Origin: a virus
Length of the DNA: 64,000 nt
Virus record (IMG/VR): IMGVR_UViG_3300025929_000015
Coordinates: 35,377 to 99,376 of that record
Reading direction: 5' to 3' (one strand)
Shown here: positions 47,603 through 58,189 of the stretch, piece by piece
How positions within the stretch are numbered: the stretch's first letter is position 1
How the letters are laid out: each line of letters starts with the position of its first letter
The notes under the pieces: model-generated
Seen by the model: only the letters and a program-made list of their open reading frames with translations
The model's database searches: none
Told to the model about the DNA's origin: nothing
Position numbers and translations under genes: made by a program

Positions 47603-48469
47603 CTACCCTGGTACGTCGATGCCGCTGTCGCGGAGCAGCTGCTCCAGCAGCTTGACCCGGTCGGACAGCAGCTCGATCTGGTCGGACAGGTCCGCGGTCA
47701 GCACCTTCTCCCAGCACTGCCCGCAGGCGACGTTGCCGATCCGGCGGCGCCTCGTGTGCCCCATCCGGTCACACCGGTCCTCGGCGGTCTGCGCGAGGGG
47801 GTGGGTGCGGGCCAGCCAGTCCGGCTCCCACATCGGGGCCATCGGCTTCTGCCCCTTCCGGGCGCGCGTGTCCTTCCGGACCCGGCGGAGCAGCCGCCGC
47901 GCCTCCGAGACCGGGATCTCTTTGTTAGCGACCCTCTGCTGCGCTTTCGGTGCCAGCTCCAGCAGCAGCAGGTGGTTCGTCACGGTCGAGGTGGACAGCC
48001 CGGTCTGCTCGGCGATCTGCGCCCCGGTCAGCCCGAACTCATCCCGCAGCCGCCCGAACGCCCAGGCTTTCTCCATCGGGTTCAGGTCCTCGCGGTGGAT
48101 GTTCACCACGATGCCGGTCAGGATGCTCCGCATGATCAGGTTCTGGCCGGGCAGCGACGGGCTGACCACCGACGGGACACCCGTGGTCCACTCCCGCATG
48201 GCCAGGAACCGCCGCGTGCCGTCCTCGAGGACGTAATGCTGGTCCTCCGACCCGCAGACCCGGCCGTCGTCCAGGAGGGCCGGGCAGGGCCGCGGCAGGG
48301 GGATGATCAGGATCGGCTGTTTCAGCCCCTGCTGCCGGATCGATTTCGTCAGCTCGGCCAGGTCGCGGGGCTCTTTGCGCGGGTTGTCCGGGTTCAGGTG
48401 GATACGGTCCGGGGCGATCAGCTGCCGCCACGGCAGCCGCCCGGTGATCTCCTCATTCACGGCGGTCAT
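47603..48469 (-). CDS. ParB/Spo0J-like protein
   Basis: NPDNPR...SIRQQGLKQPI...DGTRRF...NIHREDLNPMEKA...HTH. Confidence 0.9.
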   Translation of the reverse strand: MTAVNEEITGRLPWRQLIAPDRIHLNPDNPRKEPRDLAELTKSIRQQGLKQPILIIPLPRPCPALLDDGRVCGSEDQHYVLEDGTRRFLAMREWTTGVPSVVSPSLPGQNLIMRSILTGIVVNIHREDLNPMEKAWAFGRLRDEFGLTGAQIAEQTGLSTSTVTNHLLLLELAPKAQQRVANKEIPVSEARRLLRRVRKDTRARKGQKPMAPMWEPDWLARTHPLAQTAEDRCDRMGHTRRRRIGNVACGQCWEKVLTADLSDQIELLSDRVKLLEQLLRDSGIDVPG

Positions 48470-48976
48470 TGCTTGTCATCTCCTCCTCCGTTCGTGCGGC
48501 CGGACCGGAACCGCAGGCTGAAGCTGTAGTAGACCGCGGCCATCGCCAGGTACACGGCTAGCGCGATCCACCACCCCCACCAGACGTCCCGGACGATGGC
48601 GGTGACCAGGATCGCCGCGCCCACCGCGTACACCGCCCAGGCCGATGCGGTCCGCATCCGGACCTCGCTCCGCGGCACCCAGACGGTCCTGCGGGTGACC
48701 TTTCACGGTTCCCCCCCGTAGTGCGATTGGTCGCGCTGCCAAGACGTGTCCTCCAGTGCCGCGGCGTGCGACGCCGCCCGGTGGTGTTCGTGGCTGGGCA
48801 CGCTGATCACGTGCCGGGCACGGGTCACAGTCACCCACCACACCCCGTTCGTGATCGGCTCGCCGCAGCCCCGGCAGGCAGTCGCCGGCCCGCCGCGGAA
48901 CTGCGGCGGATCCGACTGGTAGCACGCCGGGCAGTTCAGCGCCTCGTCATGGACGTGTTTCATGAATTCCCTTCCA

Positions 48977-49060
48977 TCAGACGCAGGTGCAGGTACGGAA
49001 CGGGCACTGCGGCTTGTGGCACTTGCCGCATTTGCCGCATTTCTTATGGGGGCATTTCAC
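48977..49060 (-). CDS. 27-aa metallothionein-like peptide
   Basis: RBS GAGGAGG; MKCPHKKCGKCGKCHKPQCPFRTCTCV. Confidence 0.55.
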   Translation of the reverse strand: MKCPHKKCGKCGKCHKPQCPFRTCTCV

Positions 49061-49204
49061 CGTTCCTCCTCGATTTTCTTCAGGACCCACTGCCGGGCGT
49101 ACCGCAGCGCGATCAGCCCGGCGATGCAGCCGGCTATGACCAGGAATCTCACCGGCCTCCTTTTCAGTGCACGGCTAGCGCGATGCCGCGGCGTGTATGT
49201 GATC

Positions 49205-49507
49205 TCAGGCATGAGCGCTCCTTCTCATGTAGCCGCTCGCGGTCCGGCGGAAGCCGTGCCGCTCATACCAGGCGGTGAGCTGGTCGTAGTCAAGCCCGTC
49301 CGACGGGCTGACCTCCAGCTGGAGGGTAATGCCCTCCGCGTCGGCGTCGGCTAGGATCCGGCGCAGCAGCCTGCCGCCGATACCCTGACCGCGGCCAGCT
49401 CTCACCGGTACGTTGATGCGGGTAATCGTCCAGTTTCCCGTCAGCTCACCCGGCGCCACGAGGTCCGCGATGGCATTGGCCGCGGCGTCGACGTAGCACG
49501 TATTCAC
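49205..49507 (-). CDS. GNAT acetyltransferase
   Basis: RGQGIGGRLL...WYERHGF. Confidence 0.85.
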   Translation of the reverse strand: MNTCYVDAAANAIADLVAPGELTGNWTITRINVPVRAGRGQGIGGRLLRRILADADAEGITLQLEVSPSDGLDYDQLTAWYERHGFRRTASGYMRRSAHA

Positions 49508-49742
49508 GAGTCCTTCTTCCGGGTGCCGCGGTCGTACGTGGCGACCGGGACCGCGTAGTCCTGCTCATGGACCATGTCATTGACCTGCCAGATGGTCAGC
49601 TCGCACGCCCAGGCCCGGGACAGCACGATGGCCGCGTCGGTCGCCAGGGCCAGCGAGACCGCGTCATCGTCCGGGGTGCCCACGCACGGCCCGGCCACGA
49701 CCACCCGGTGCTCGCTGCCCCGGCGCCGCACCTCGTACTCGA

Positions 49743-50531
49743 TCACGCGGCCGTCCCTTCCTCCCTCTTGGCTTTCGCCGCCTCGATGCTGGCCTTGAGC
49801 ACCTCGCCGATGTCGGCGACCGCAGCGGCCTGCGCCGGGGTCGGCTCGGGTGGCGGACTCCCGGCCAGCTTGGCCTGGATCAGCTTCTCGACCGCCTCCC
49901 CGTACTTCGAGGTGTACGCGCCGGGGTCCCACGGCCCGGACAGCGTGTCGATCAGCTGCGCGGCCAGCAGCCGCTCTTTGTCGGTCACTGCCACCTCCTC
50001 GCGGAGGAACTTGAACGCAGGCTCGCGGATGTCCGCCGGCCAGGCCAGCTGCTGCAGTATCAGCATCTTGCGGTGCGCCCGGATCACCACCAGGCAATCC
50101 TTGGACCGCATCGCGAACCGGGCGATCCCGACCTTGCCGCTGGCCTTGATCTGCTGGCGCAGCAGCGTGTACGCCTTCAGGCCCACCGGGTCCGGCTCGA
50201 TGTAGTACGCCTTGCCGAGCCCGGACAGGTCGATCTCCCCGGCGTGCACGAACAGCTCGATGGCGATCACCTTGGCCCCGGGCAGCGGCAGGGACTCCAG
50301 CTCCTCGTCAGTCAGCACGAACATCTGGTCTCCGACTTCCTTGCCCTTGCCGATGTCGGCATACGGGACCTCTTCGCCGTCGATGCTGCAGTAGCGCCGG
50401 AGCTGGATCCGCCCGCCGTCCTTCTTGTGCACCTGGCGGAAGGCGTACTCGTCATCGCCGGTGATCCGGTAGAGCTTCACGGGCGTCACCAGCAGCCCGA
50501 CAGCCAATGCACCGTTCCACGTGCTTCTCAT
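49743..50531 (-). CDS. ku: Ku DNA end-binding protein
   Basis: MRSTWNGAL..GL...PVKLY...QVHKKDGGRI...GEEVPYADI.KG...YY..P. Confidence 0.93.
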   Translation of the reverse strand: MRSTWNGALAVGLLVTPVKLYRITGDDEYAFRQVHKKDGGRIQLRRYCSIDGEEVPYADIGKGKEVGDQMFVLTDEELESLPLPGAKVIAIELFVHAGEIDLSGLGKAYYIEPDPVGLKAYTLLRQQIKASGKVGIARFAMRSKDCLVVIRAHRKMLILQQLAWPADIREPAFKFLREEVAVTDKERLLAAQLIDTLSGPWDPGAYTSKYGEAVEKLIQAKLAGSPPPEPTPAQAAAVADIGEVLKASIEAAKAKREEGTAA

Positions 50532-50823
50532 CCCTTGTCGTCCTTTCGTGTATCTTACCCACGCCTTCTGGCGCACATGGCAGGCCCGCGGTGGTCACTC
50601 ACCGCGGGCCTGCCATCAACGTCAGCTCAGCTGCCATCTGCCAGGATGCCGGGCCGGGCCACTCCCGCTGGGCACCGCCCGCCAGCTCGCAGCCGGTGTG
50701 CCCGAACACGACCGGGTCGTACGCGCAGCCGCACGGGCGGTTCCCGTTCCGCAGCCGGTCGGCTTCAGCGCGCGCCCGGCTGCGGACCGGGCCCGGGATT
50801 CTTAGTCTTCGCACCTCTGTTCC

Positions 50824-51729
50824 TCATAGCTCTCCGCGACCCTGCTCCGGGGTCATCGGCACCCGGGCCAGCGCCGGCGGGGCACCCGCGTTGAGCGCCT
50901 GCCGGAGCAGTGCCGCCATCGTGTAGCCCGGGTCATCGGCGAACGCCCGGTCCAGCGCCACGTTGGCCAGCGCCCCGTTGCCGGCCTGCCAGGCGCAGAA
51001 CGCCAGCAGCGACGCCGGCGCCGCCACGTACCCCGGGGGCGCCAGCCGGGTCAGGTCCGTCCACAGCCGCAGGTGCGCCCTGGAGTACTCGGGGTCCATC
51101 CGGGCCCACGCGTCATCCCGCACCCGGATGTCCCGCAGCGCGGCCAGGACCAGCGCGGCGTTGCCGTCGGTGAGCGACGCGCCGCCGCGGTACACGGCGA
51201 TCGCGGAGACCGGAGCCAGCGCCACGCCCGGCGCCGGCACGGCCCGGCGGACCGCCTCCTGCATCGCCTGCGCCCGCTCCCCGCAGACCGGGGCGACCTG
51301 CGCGGTCAGGGCCGCCCGGTCGGCCAGCACCGGGATCCCGATGTCCGCCGGCTGGAACGGCGTCCCCTCCGCCGGGCAGCACCGCTCGTCGGTGCAGATG
51401 CAGGACCAGTAGCGGTTCCCTTCGATCCGCAAGATCTCGGCCATGTTCACGTCCGCCAGCGCCGCGATGGCCGGCTGCGCCTCCTGCCCGGTGCCGTAGA
51501 TGATCGCGACGGCCTCCGCGGCCTCCGCGTTGACCATCGCCATCGCCGCGTGCACGAGCTGCTCACGCGCCTCCTCGCCCGTACCGGGCAGGTCGTACCG
51601 CAGCGTGAGCGCCACCTTCCCCTCGTCGCTGACTCCCACGAACACCAGGCTGTGCTGCGGGGTGAAGCCGATCAGGTTCGGCACGTGAGCCGCCAGCGCC
51701 GCCGGCGAATCGATGACCACCTTTTTCAT
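50824..51729 (-). CDS. DUF4192 protein
   Basis: VPNLIGFTPQHSLV...RVRD...AWQAGNGALANVALDRA...PGY. Confidence 0.88.
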   Translation of the reverse strand: MKKVVIDSPAALAAHVPNLIGFTPQHSLVFVGVSDEGKVALTLRYDLPGTGEEAREQLVHAAMAMVNAEAAEAVAIIYGTGQEAQPAIAALADVNMAEILRIEGNRYWSCICTDERCCPAEGTPFQPADIGIPVLADRAALTAQVAPVCGERAQAMQEAVRRAVPAPGVALAPVSAIAVYRGGASLTDGNAALVLAALRDIRVRDDAWARMDPEYSRAHLRLWTDLTRLAPPGYVAAPASLLAFCAWQAGNGALANVALDRAFADDPGYTMAALLRQALNAGAPPALARVPMTPEQGRGEL

Positions 51730-51763
51730 GGCTCTTCCTTTCTCCCGGGAACGACATCTTGCC

Positions 51764-51822
51764 TCCTGGCAAGAGGAAACGCCCGCACCGGAGCACGGTG
51801 CGGGCGTAACCTCACGGCAGGA
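51764..51822 (-). repeat. Family-A element, copy 4
   Basis: Same conserved ends. Confidence 0.8.
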
Positions 51823-51839
51823 TTCAGTCCTTTCGCGGA

Positions 51840-53231
51840 TCAGTCCAGTGTCGCGGCCAGCATGGCGGTGCGCGGGCCGAGCCGGAACATCGCGGCCCTT
51901 TTCTCCTCGTTCGCGGTGATGCCCGCCTGCCCGTCCTGTTCGTCGAACTCAAGACCGGCGGCCGGGCCGACCTGGTAGTACTCGCCGCACTGCCGGGCGG
52001 CGGACCGGCCGCCGGCCTTGAAATTGGGGAGGGGATTCCCGGACTGGACGATCAGGGGATTCCCGGACTGGACGATCAGGTCGGGCGGCGGATCCCACCC
52101 GGTGCACAGCACTGCATGGTCGTAGTACCGGCCGTTGACCAGCACCCCACCGCCGGGCAGCGCGACCGGGGTCCCCTTCTCCGGGATCACGGTGAGGTCA
52201 TGGAACTGGATGCCCGCGGGCAGGTGCGACGCCAGCCGCAGGTACCGGCTCTGCATCTCCCCCAGCCACCGGCCGCGGGTGTCGGGCAGCTTAGGTGCGT
52301 ACAGGTCCACCCGCGGGAACCCGGCGCCGCCGCGCCTCATGCGCGGGCCGATGCCCAGCAGCGCCTCCGCGGCGCACAGCGCCGATTTCCCGTCGCCGAG
52401 GACCGCGACCCGCTGCATCTGGCCGAACGCGAAATCCTGGTCCGCCTGGCGCATCGCCTGCGCCCAGGTGAGGATCGTCTTCCCGTCAGCCCCGGCCGCG
52501 CCGCGTTCGGTGCCGAACCCGCGCGCGTCGATCACCCGCCCGGCCAGCAGGGACCGGCCGTCTCCCAGGGTGACCCTCATCGCCGGCTGACCGGTTCCGC
52601 TGAACCGCTGGCCGGTTACCCGGACCGAGGCTGCGGACGCCCCGGTGATCACCCGGGCGTGCAGCATCAGCGCCGCCCGGATCACGAACCGCGGCACCGT
52701 GTTGTCCGGCAGCTCCCGCCCGCTGATCTGCGCGCACTGCACCGGCGCCCCGGGCAGCCAGTTCGGCGCGTTCGGCTCGCCGTCCGCCCACGGGACCCCG
52801 GGCATCCCCCCGGTGTCCTCGCTGTTGAGGTAGAACGACGGGTTCCGGGTCACCGCGAAGACCCCGCCGGGTATCTTGGACGTTTCCAGCGCCCACGGCT
52901 TGGGCTTGCCCCTCAGATGCCGGATCGCGCAGTACGTGGCGCAGTGGTAGCCCGACCCGATCACGAACTCGTCGACCTGGCGCCCGTCCAGCGCCGCGGA
53001 GAGGTTGAGGTTTGACAGGTTCGCGAACAGCACCCCGAGCCGGGTATCGAACCGGGTGTACGCGACGGGGTTCATCGCGATCCCGGCGAGCTGCGCGGCC
53101 AGGACCGCGTCGGCGTCCCCGCCGGACGCGCGGGCCTGCTTAGCTAGCAGGTCCGCCTCGTATCCTTCCGGGGATCTGATGATCTCCGCGATTTCCGCGG
53201 CCATCGCCGGTGGTAGTACGTCGGCTGTCAT
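51840..53231 (-). CDS. FAD/NAD(P)-dependent oxidoreductase (flavin monooxygenase-like)
   Basis: VIGSG...E...GG; IDARGFG; VAVLGDGKSA; VLCTGW. Confidence 0.78.
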   Translation of the reverse strand: MTADVLPPAMAAEIAEIIRSPEGYEADLLAKQARASGGDADAVLAAQLAGIAMNPVAYTRFDTRLGVLFANLSNLNLSAALDGRQVDEFVIGSGYHCATYCAIRHLRGKPKPWALETSKIPGGVFAVTRNPSFYLNSEDTGGMPGVPWADGEPNAPNWLPGAPVQCAQISGRELPDNTVPRFVIRAALMLHARVITGASAASVRVTGQRFSGTGQPAMRVTLGDGRSLLAGRVIDARGFGTERGAAGADGKTILTWAQAMRQADQDFAFGQMQRVAVLGDGKSALCAAEALLGIGPRMRRGGAGFPRVDLYAPKLPDTRGRWLGEMQSRYLRLASHLPAGIQFHDLTVIPEKGTPVALPGGGVLVNGRYYDHAVLCTGWDPPPDLIVQSGNPLIVQSGNPLPNFKAGGRSAARQCGEYYQVGPAAGLEFDEQDGQAGITANEEKRAAMFRLGPRTAMLAATLD

Positions 53232-53305
53232 GACAGTGTCCTTTCTCTGGGTTCACGTGAAACCACGGCCGCCCCGCCCCCGCAGGGGCCGGGGCGGCCT
53301 GCCGG

Positions 53306-53440
53306 TCAGATGTCGCTGACCTGGTGCTTACTCACGACCGGCGCGGAGCTGAACCCCAGCGGGGCCGGCCTCCGGGCCAGGAACGGGTCGAGCGTCTCGA
53401 CGTCGGGACTGGGCTTGGCGCCGTTCGGGTTGTCGTACAA
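53306..53440 (-). CDS. 44-aa peptide
   Basis: RBS GGAAGGA with TTG start. Confidence 0.5.
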   Translation of the reverse strand: MYDNPNGAKPSPDVETLDPFLARRPAPLGFSSAPVVSKHQVSDI

Positions 53441-53470
53441 CGGGTTTCCTTCCCTCGGGTTGCGCCTGCC

Positions 53471-53530
53471 TCCTGGCAAGCAGAGCGCGCCCGGGCCCCC
53501 GCGGGACCGGGCGCGCTCCTCCTGGCAGGA
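53471..53530 (-). repeat. Family-A element, copy 5
   Basis: Same conserved ends. Confidence 0.85.
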
Positions 53531-54237
53531 TCTCTCAGGCACCGCCGTCACAGTGCCTGACCTCAGGACAGTTACGCCTGCGCATGGACGCACCCCCTCG
53601 TTTCACTCACCCGTCCGCGTCGGACGACGCCGGCCGGTCCGGGTAGGGTGCCTGCCCGCACAGCGGGGCGATCTGCCCGCCCGCGCCGAGCTGCTGCAGG
53701 CTGGCCGCCACCGCCGCGCAGCTGAACGGCCGCGGCGCGGCCCGCACCGGGTGATACCCCGCGGCCAGGGCGCAGTACAGTACCACGCCCAGCGCGGGTA
53801 TGATCACCCACATCCAGATCCGGAACAGCCGGACCCGGCTGACGCGGGCCGCGGCGGCCCGGTCGTTCCGCGCCCATTGCGCGGCGATCTCCCGCGGATC
53901 GGTCATGGGCTATCACCTTCATGCTCCTCGGCCCACAGCCGGGCCGCGAACGCGGTGACCGCGTCGTAGACCGCTTCAGGGTCGGCGTCGTGCGACTGGA
54001 CCAGGTCCAGGCCGAGGCTCCGCAGCAGCGCCCCGGTCAGCGCGACCGCGCTCGGCGCCGCCCGCGCGAACGTGCGCAGCACCGCCTCGTACCGTTCCGG
54101 GTCCATCCCGCCGGGCGGGTCGCTGAACTCCAGGTGCCGCAACCCGCCCCGGTCCCGGTCCTGGGCCTGGACCGTGGCCGCCAGGGCCTGCTCGACGTGC
54201 TCTCCGGGATCACCGGACAGCCACTTGCCAGCCATCG

Positions 54238-54645
54238 TCAGCCTCCTGCCAATCTCCGAATCTCCGCGTCCATGTCGTCCTTCGCGGACGCCTCCTGGGC
54301 CGCGTGGTATTCCGCGACCGCGGCCATGATGTCCTCCAGGTTCTCCGGCATGTCCTTCGCGATATACTGGCGGCGGTAGTGCTCCTTCTCGATCACGTGC
54401 TCCCGCAGTTCCTGCGGTGTCTTAGCCCGGTAGATGCTGTACGCGTCGATCGCGTCGGCCTTCAGTTCCTGGGCCAGCTTCGCCCACGCCACCATGTGGC
54501 CGGTCGGGCGCACCACGTTGTCGTCCCATCGCACGATCGAGCGGCGCCGGTCCTCGGGACCCAGCGCGCTGATCCGCCGGGTGATCTCCTCCTCGCCCAG
54601 GCACGCTGCGACGTAGACCCGTTCCTGCTCATATGTTGCTGCCAT
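54238..54645 (-). CDS. Hypothetical protein
   Basis: RBS and codon bias. Confidence 0.65.
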   Translation of the reverse strand: MAATYEQERVYVAACLGEEEITRRISALGPEDRRRSIVRWDDNVVRPTGHMVAWAKLAQELKADAIDAYSIYRAKTPQELREHVIEKEHYRRQYIAKDMPENLEDIMAAVAEYHAAQEASAKDDMDAEIRRLAGG

Positions 54646-54735
54646 TGCCGTTTCCCTTTCCGCCTGGCCACAGTCTGGCTTGGCCGTGACTCAGCGGCCC
54701 GGCCGGGGCCTGCCTTCCCCGGCCGGGCCGCTCAA

Positions 54736-55182
54736 TCACGCGATGAGGGATTCGGGCTGTTCGCCGATGATCTGCAGGATCACCTCGTCGACCTCGGTAC
54801 GGCCGGATGCCATCGCGGGGGCGATGAGCGGTGGCTGCAAGATGTTGAGCTGCGGCGGGTCCTGCTTCACGACACCTTCGGCGGCGTCGAACAGGGCCGT
54901 CCGCACCGTGAGGTTGTGCCCCCACCACGGGCTCCTCGTGACCGCGTCCGTCTTGTTCATCATGTCGATGAGGCCGCGCAGCCACGGCAGGAACTCGGCG
55001 GTGATCGGGAACCGGTGCTTACGGCCGGTGGTGCAGTCCAGTACCACCAGGTCGTCGGCATTGTTGCAGATATCGGCCTGGGTGATCGCGCTGGCCCACA
55101 CGGCGTGGTGGCCGCTGAACAGCGGGTACACGCCGACCTGGATCCCGCCGCCCACGGCGATTTTGCAGGGTCTGGCACTCAT
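54736..55182 (-). CDS. Hypothetical protein
   Basis: RBS AAGGAG. Confidence 0.65.
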   Translation of the reverse strand: MSARPCKIAVGGGIQVGVYPLFSGHHAVWASAITQADICNNADDLVVLDCTTGRKHRFPITAEFLPWLRGLIDMMNKTDAVTRSPWWGHNLTVRTALFDAAEGVVKQDPPQLNILQPPLIAPAMASGRTEVDEVILQIIGEQPESLIA

Positions 55183-55206
55183 GGCGTTCTCCTTTCCGTG
55201 CCTGCC

Positions 55207-55267
55207 TCGCTGGCAAGCAGAACGCGCCCGGACCTGTTGCAGTCCGGGCGCGTTCTCCCTGGCAGGA
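55207..55267 (-). repeat. Family-A element, copy 6
   Basis: Same conserved ends. Confidence 0.85.
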
Positions 55268-55268
55268 T

Positions 55269-55796
55269 TCAGCTCGCCTTCCGCCACGTGATCAGGTTCG
55301 CGTCGCTGTGCACCCGGCTGCACCGCAGGCAGTACAAGTCCCGCGTCGTGCTGCGCGCCCGGTGGAAGACATGCCCGGCCGGGCATGTCCCGGTCCACGG
55401 CAGCGGGGCGTGAACCTCGCCGTTCTCACCCCACAGCCGGGATGGCGCGATGCCCAGCCGGATGCAGTGATGCTGCCACAGCGGGCCATGCCCGTCATCC
55501 GGGGCGCGGGCGTGCGCGATCTCATGCAAGATGACCAGCCGCTGCTGCTGTTCTGTCCACAGCGACATCAGCGGCCCGGACAGCGTGATCGTACCGGGCT
55601 GGCCATTCCACCGCTTCGTGCTCCGGTTGGTGGGGAACGTGACCGAACCGGCTTCCTTGACCGCCCGGCCGATCTGCAGCGTCCAGTCCGCGAGACCGTG
55701 CTCGGCCATCAGCGCGACCGCCAGGTCATGCGCCCGCTCGATCGCGAACGGGTCACCTTTCGCGTTCAGCGCCCATTTCAGCCACGCGTACTCCAC
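55269..55796 (-). CDS. SprT-like zinc metalloprotease
   Basis: ILHEIAH...HGPLW...CPAGH...CLRC. Confidence 0.85.
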   Translation of the reverse strand: MEYAWLKWALNAKGDPFAIERAHDLAVALMAEHGLADWTLQIGRAVKEAGSVTFPTNRSTKRWNGQPGTITLSGPLMSLWTEQQQRLVILHEIAHARAPDDGHGPLWQHHCIRLGIAPSRLWGENGEVHAPLPWTGTCPAGHVFHRARSTTRDLYCLRCSRVHSDANLITWRKAS

Positions 55797-56679
55797 GATC
55801 TTTCACCTCCTCCTCGTATTTCATAAAAAGCACGAGTCACCCCTCCTCGGGATTGCCATCGGGAACGGAATTAGCCGCGTCGATGCAGCGGGCCAGCTGG
55901 TCCGCCTCGTTGACAGAGCACTCAAACCCGCGGTTCTTCACCAGGTTCGTGACCTGCACCCGGTCCAGCTCACGGTCCAGCGCGATACTCCACCGCCCGT
56001 TACTGACCTTGACCATCACTCCTCCAGGTCATCAATCAGGTGGATCATGTAGTGCGCCTGGTAGCCGACGTGCTCAGCGCCGTGGCAGTTCCACGTCCGG
56101 TGACCGCACCGCGGGCACTTCAGGAACAGCAGGCGCTCCACCGGAGCGGGAATCCGCTCCAGCAGCAACCGCTGCCACTCCCCGGGCCCCATCGCGGCAA
56201 TGCAATCCGGGCACGTCACCCGCGTCAGGACCGGGGTCGCCGCGTAGCATGTGCCGTCGAACCCGCACAACGGCCGGTACGTCCCCGGCGTCAGGTAATG
56301 GCGGCTGACGGTTACGTGATGCGCCTGGTCCGGGGATTCCCGGCATGTCATGTCACTGTCGCCGGTCATCAGGACACCGGTGACGAAATCCTCGCAGAGC
56401 GGCCGCCCGCAGTAGGCACAGGTCATGCCGCCACCTCCTCCCACGGTTTCGGGCAGATCACCGCGACCATCTTGTGGTGCCCGGCCGCCGCGCACGCGCA
56501 CTTCGACTCCCCGTACGGGTTCTCATCGGTCCGCGGCACGAAACCGCGCCACGCCCCGCGGCAGCGGCCATGCACGTCATAGCAGACGCCCGCCGGACGG
56601 ACCGGCCCGGGCCCGCAGAAACCGCAGGTCCACGCCTCGTCGTGCCGCGGCGCCACCGCGGGCACCGCGCGCCGCGCGG

Positions 56680-56904
56680 TCATGGCCGCACCGGCTCACC
56701 GGTGACATGCCAGTGCCACGCGTCACGCGGACCGCTGCGCTCGCGGCGCACCGCGCCGGTACCGAGCCCGTAGCGCAGCACCAGCTGCGCCCGGTACCGG
56801 TTGGCGTTGATCGCCACGGCAACCTCGCTGATCGTCGCACCCGGATGATGCGCTAGCCATGCCATCGCCAGCGCGTACCGGCCTGGTTCCATAACCTCAG
56901 TCAT
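56680..56904 (-). CDS. Winged-helix protein
   Basis: HPGATISEVAVAI...G.VRR. Confidence 0.6.
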   Translation of the reverse strand: MTEVMEPGRYALAMAWLAHHPGATISEVAVAINANRYRAQLVLRYGLGTGAVRRERSGPRDAWHWHVTGEPVRP

Positions 56905-57828
56905 CTCAATCCCTCCTTATCTGTCTCTGGGCATGCGAAAGCACCCCGGGCCCTGGTGGACCCGGGGTGCTTTCGTACAGCCAGGACTAGGGCCGTACCC
57001 CGGAGCCGGGCGCAGCGTGGGGAAGTGCGGGAGCCCCGCGAAAGGCTCAACCGCTTCTGCGCCCGCATTCCCTCGCTCCGGGGTACGGCCGGTCTTCACG
57101 GCTTCCTGATGATATGGATATCCGTGACCAGCGGGACGCTGATGAGGACGTTCGCTGACCTCGGGTCCCGGTTGATGACCTGCGCGACGGCCTCACTCCC
57201 GGCGCTGGCCGGGTCTTGAGCGACCACGGCGGTTGTCACGGTGATGGTGACTTCGTACTCAGTCATCGCAGCCACGGATTCTCGTCGTCGTCGTCTTCGT
57301 ACTCGTTCGCCAGCAGCTCCTCCAGGACCTTCTCGAACGCGATCTCCCGCAGCGCCAGCCGGTCCTGCGGGCCCAGCCGGTCCGTGTAACTGGTAGCGCC
57401 GCCGAGCGGTAGCTCCACGTTCACGACCTGGACCGCGCGGGCCACCTCGTGGCGCAGCTCGGCGACCGTACGCCGCGCGGTCACCGGTCCCCCCGGGCCC
57501 AGCGCTCCACGGAGTACAGCCACGCCCGCCGGGACCGCTTCACCCGGGAGATCCACGCCTTGAGATCCTCCAGCTCCTTGCAGAACTGCTCGTACGTCAG
57601 TTCGGTGTCCTTCCATTCCTTGCTGCCGTACTGCGGCTTACCGGCCATGGCAGGTCTCCTCTCCAGCCGCGGATGCACGCACCCGCGAAACTTCCCAGCA
57701 CGGACGGCGGGACCACAGGTCCCACCAGATCACCGACAGCGAGCCGAACTGCACGCCCCAGCGGTGGATCTTGAGCCTGCGGCCCCACCCGTTCAGGTGC
57801 GCCACGTAGCGGTACGGGGGCAGCATGG

Positions 57829-58161
57829 TCAGCACGCGGCGATCTGCGCGTAGGTGACCGCGTTATCGATGCACGCCACGTACAAGTCCGAGGCGCTGGG
57901 CTGCGCCGCCAGCAGCACGGCCACCACGGCCACCGCGGCCGCGATGAACACGTACCCCAGCGCGCACGCCCACGTCGCCACCGCGGACGGCTCCAGGCCG
58001 CGCCGCCTGGCCTGCCCCCGGGACACGTGCCCCAGGATCACCCCGAGCGGGGGGAACACGAACACGCTGATGATCCCGCCGACCGCAGCCGCGTCGGCGT
58101 CCGCCCGGGTCACGGGCGGCGAACCGGAGCCGGTAACCCCGGCCATGTCGTTGACTGTCAT
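57829..58161 (-). CDS. DUF4190-like membrane protein
   Basis: PLGVILGHVS...AR. Confidence 0.7.
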   Translation of the reverse strand: MTVNDMAGVTGSGSPPVTRADADAAAVGGIISVFVFPPLGVILGHVSRGQARRRGLEPSAVATWACALGYVFIAAAVAVVAVLLAAQPSASDLYVACIDNAVTYAQIAAC

Positions 58162-58189
58162 GATGATTCCCATCTGTCTCTGCCTGTCC

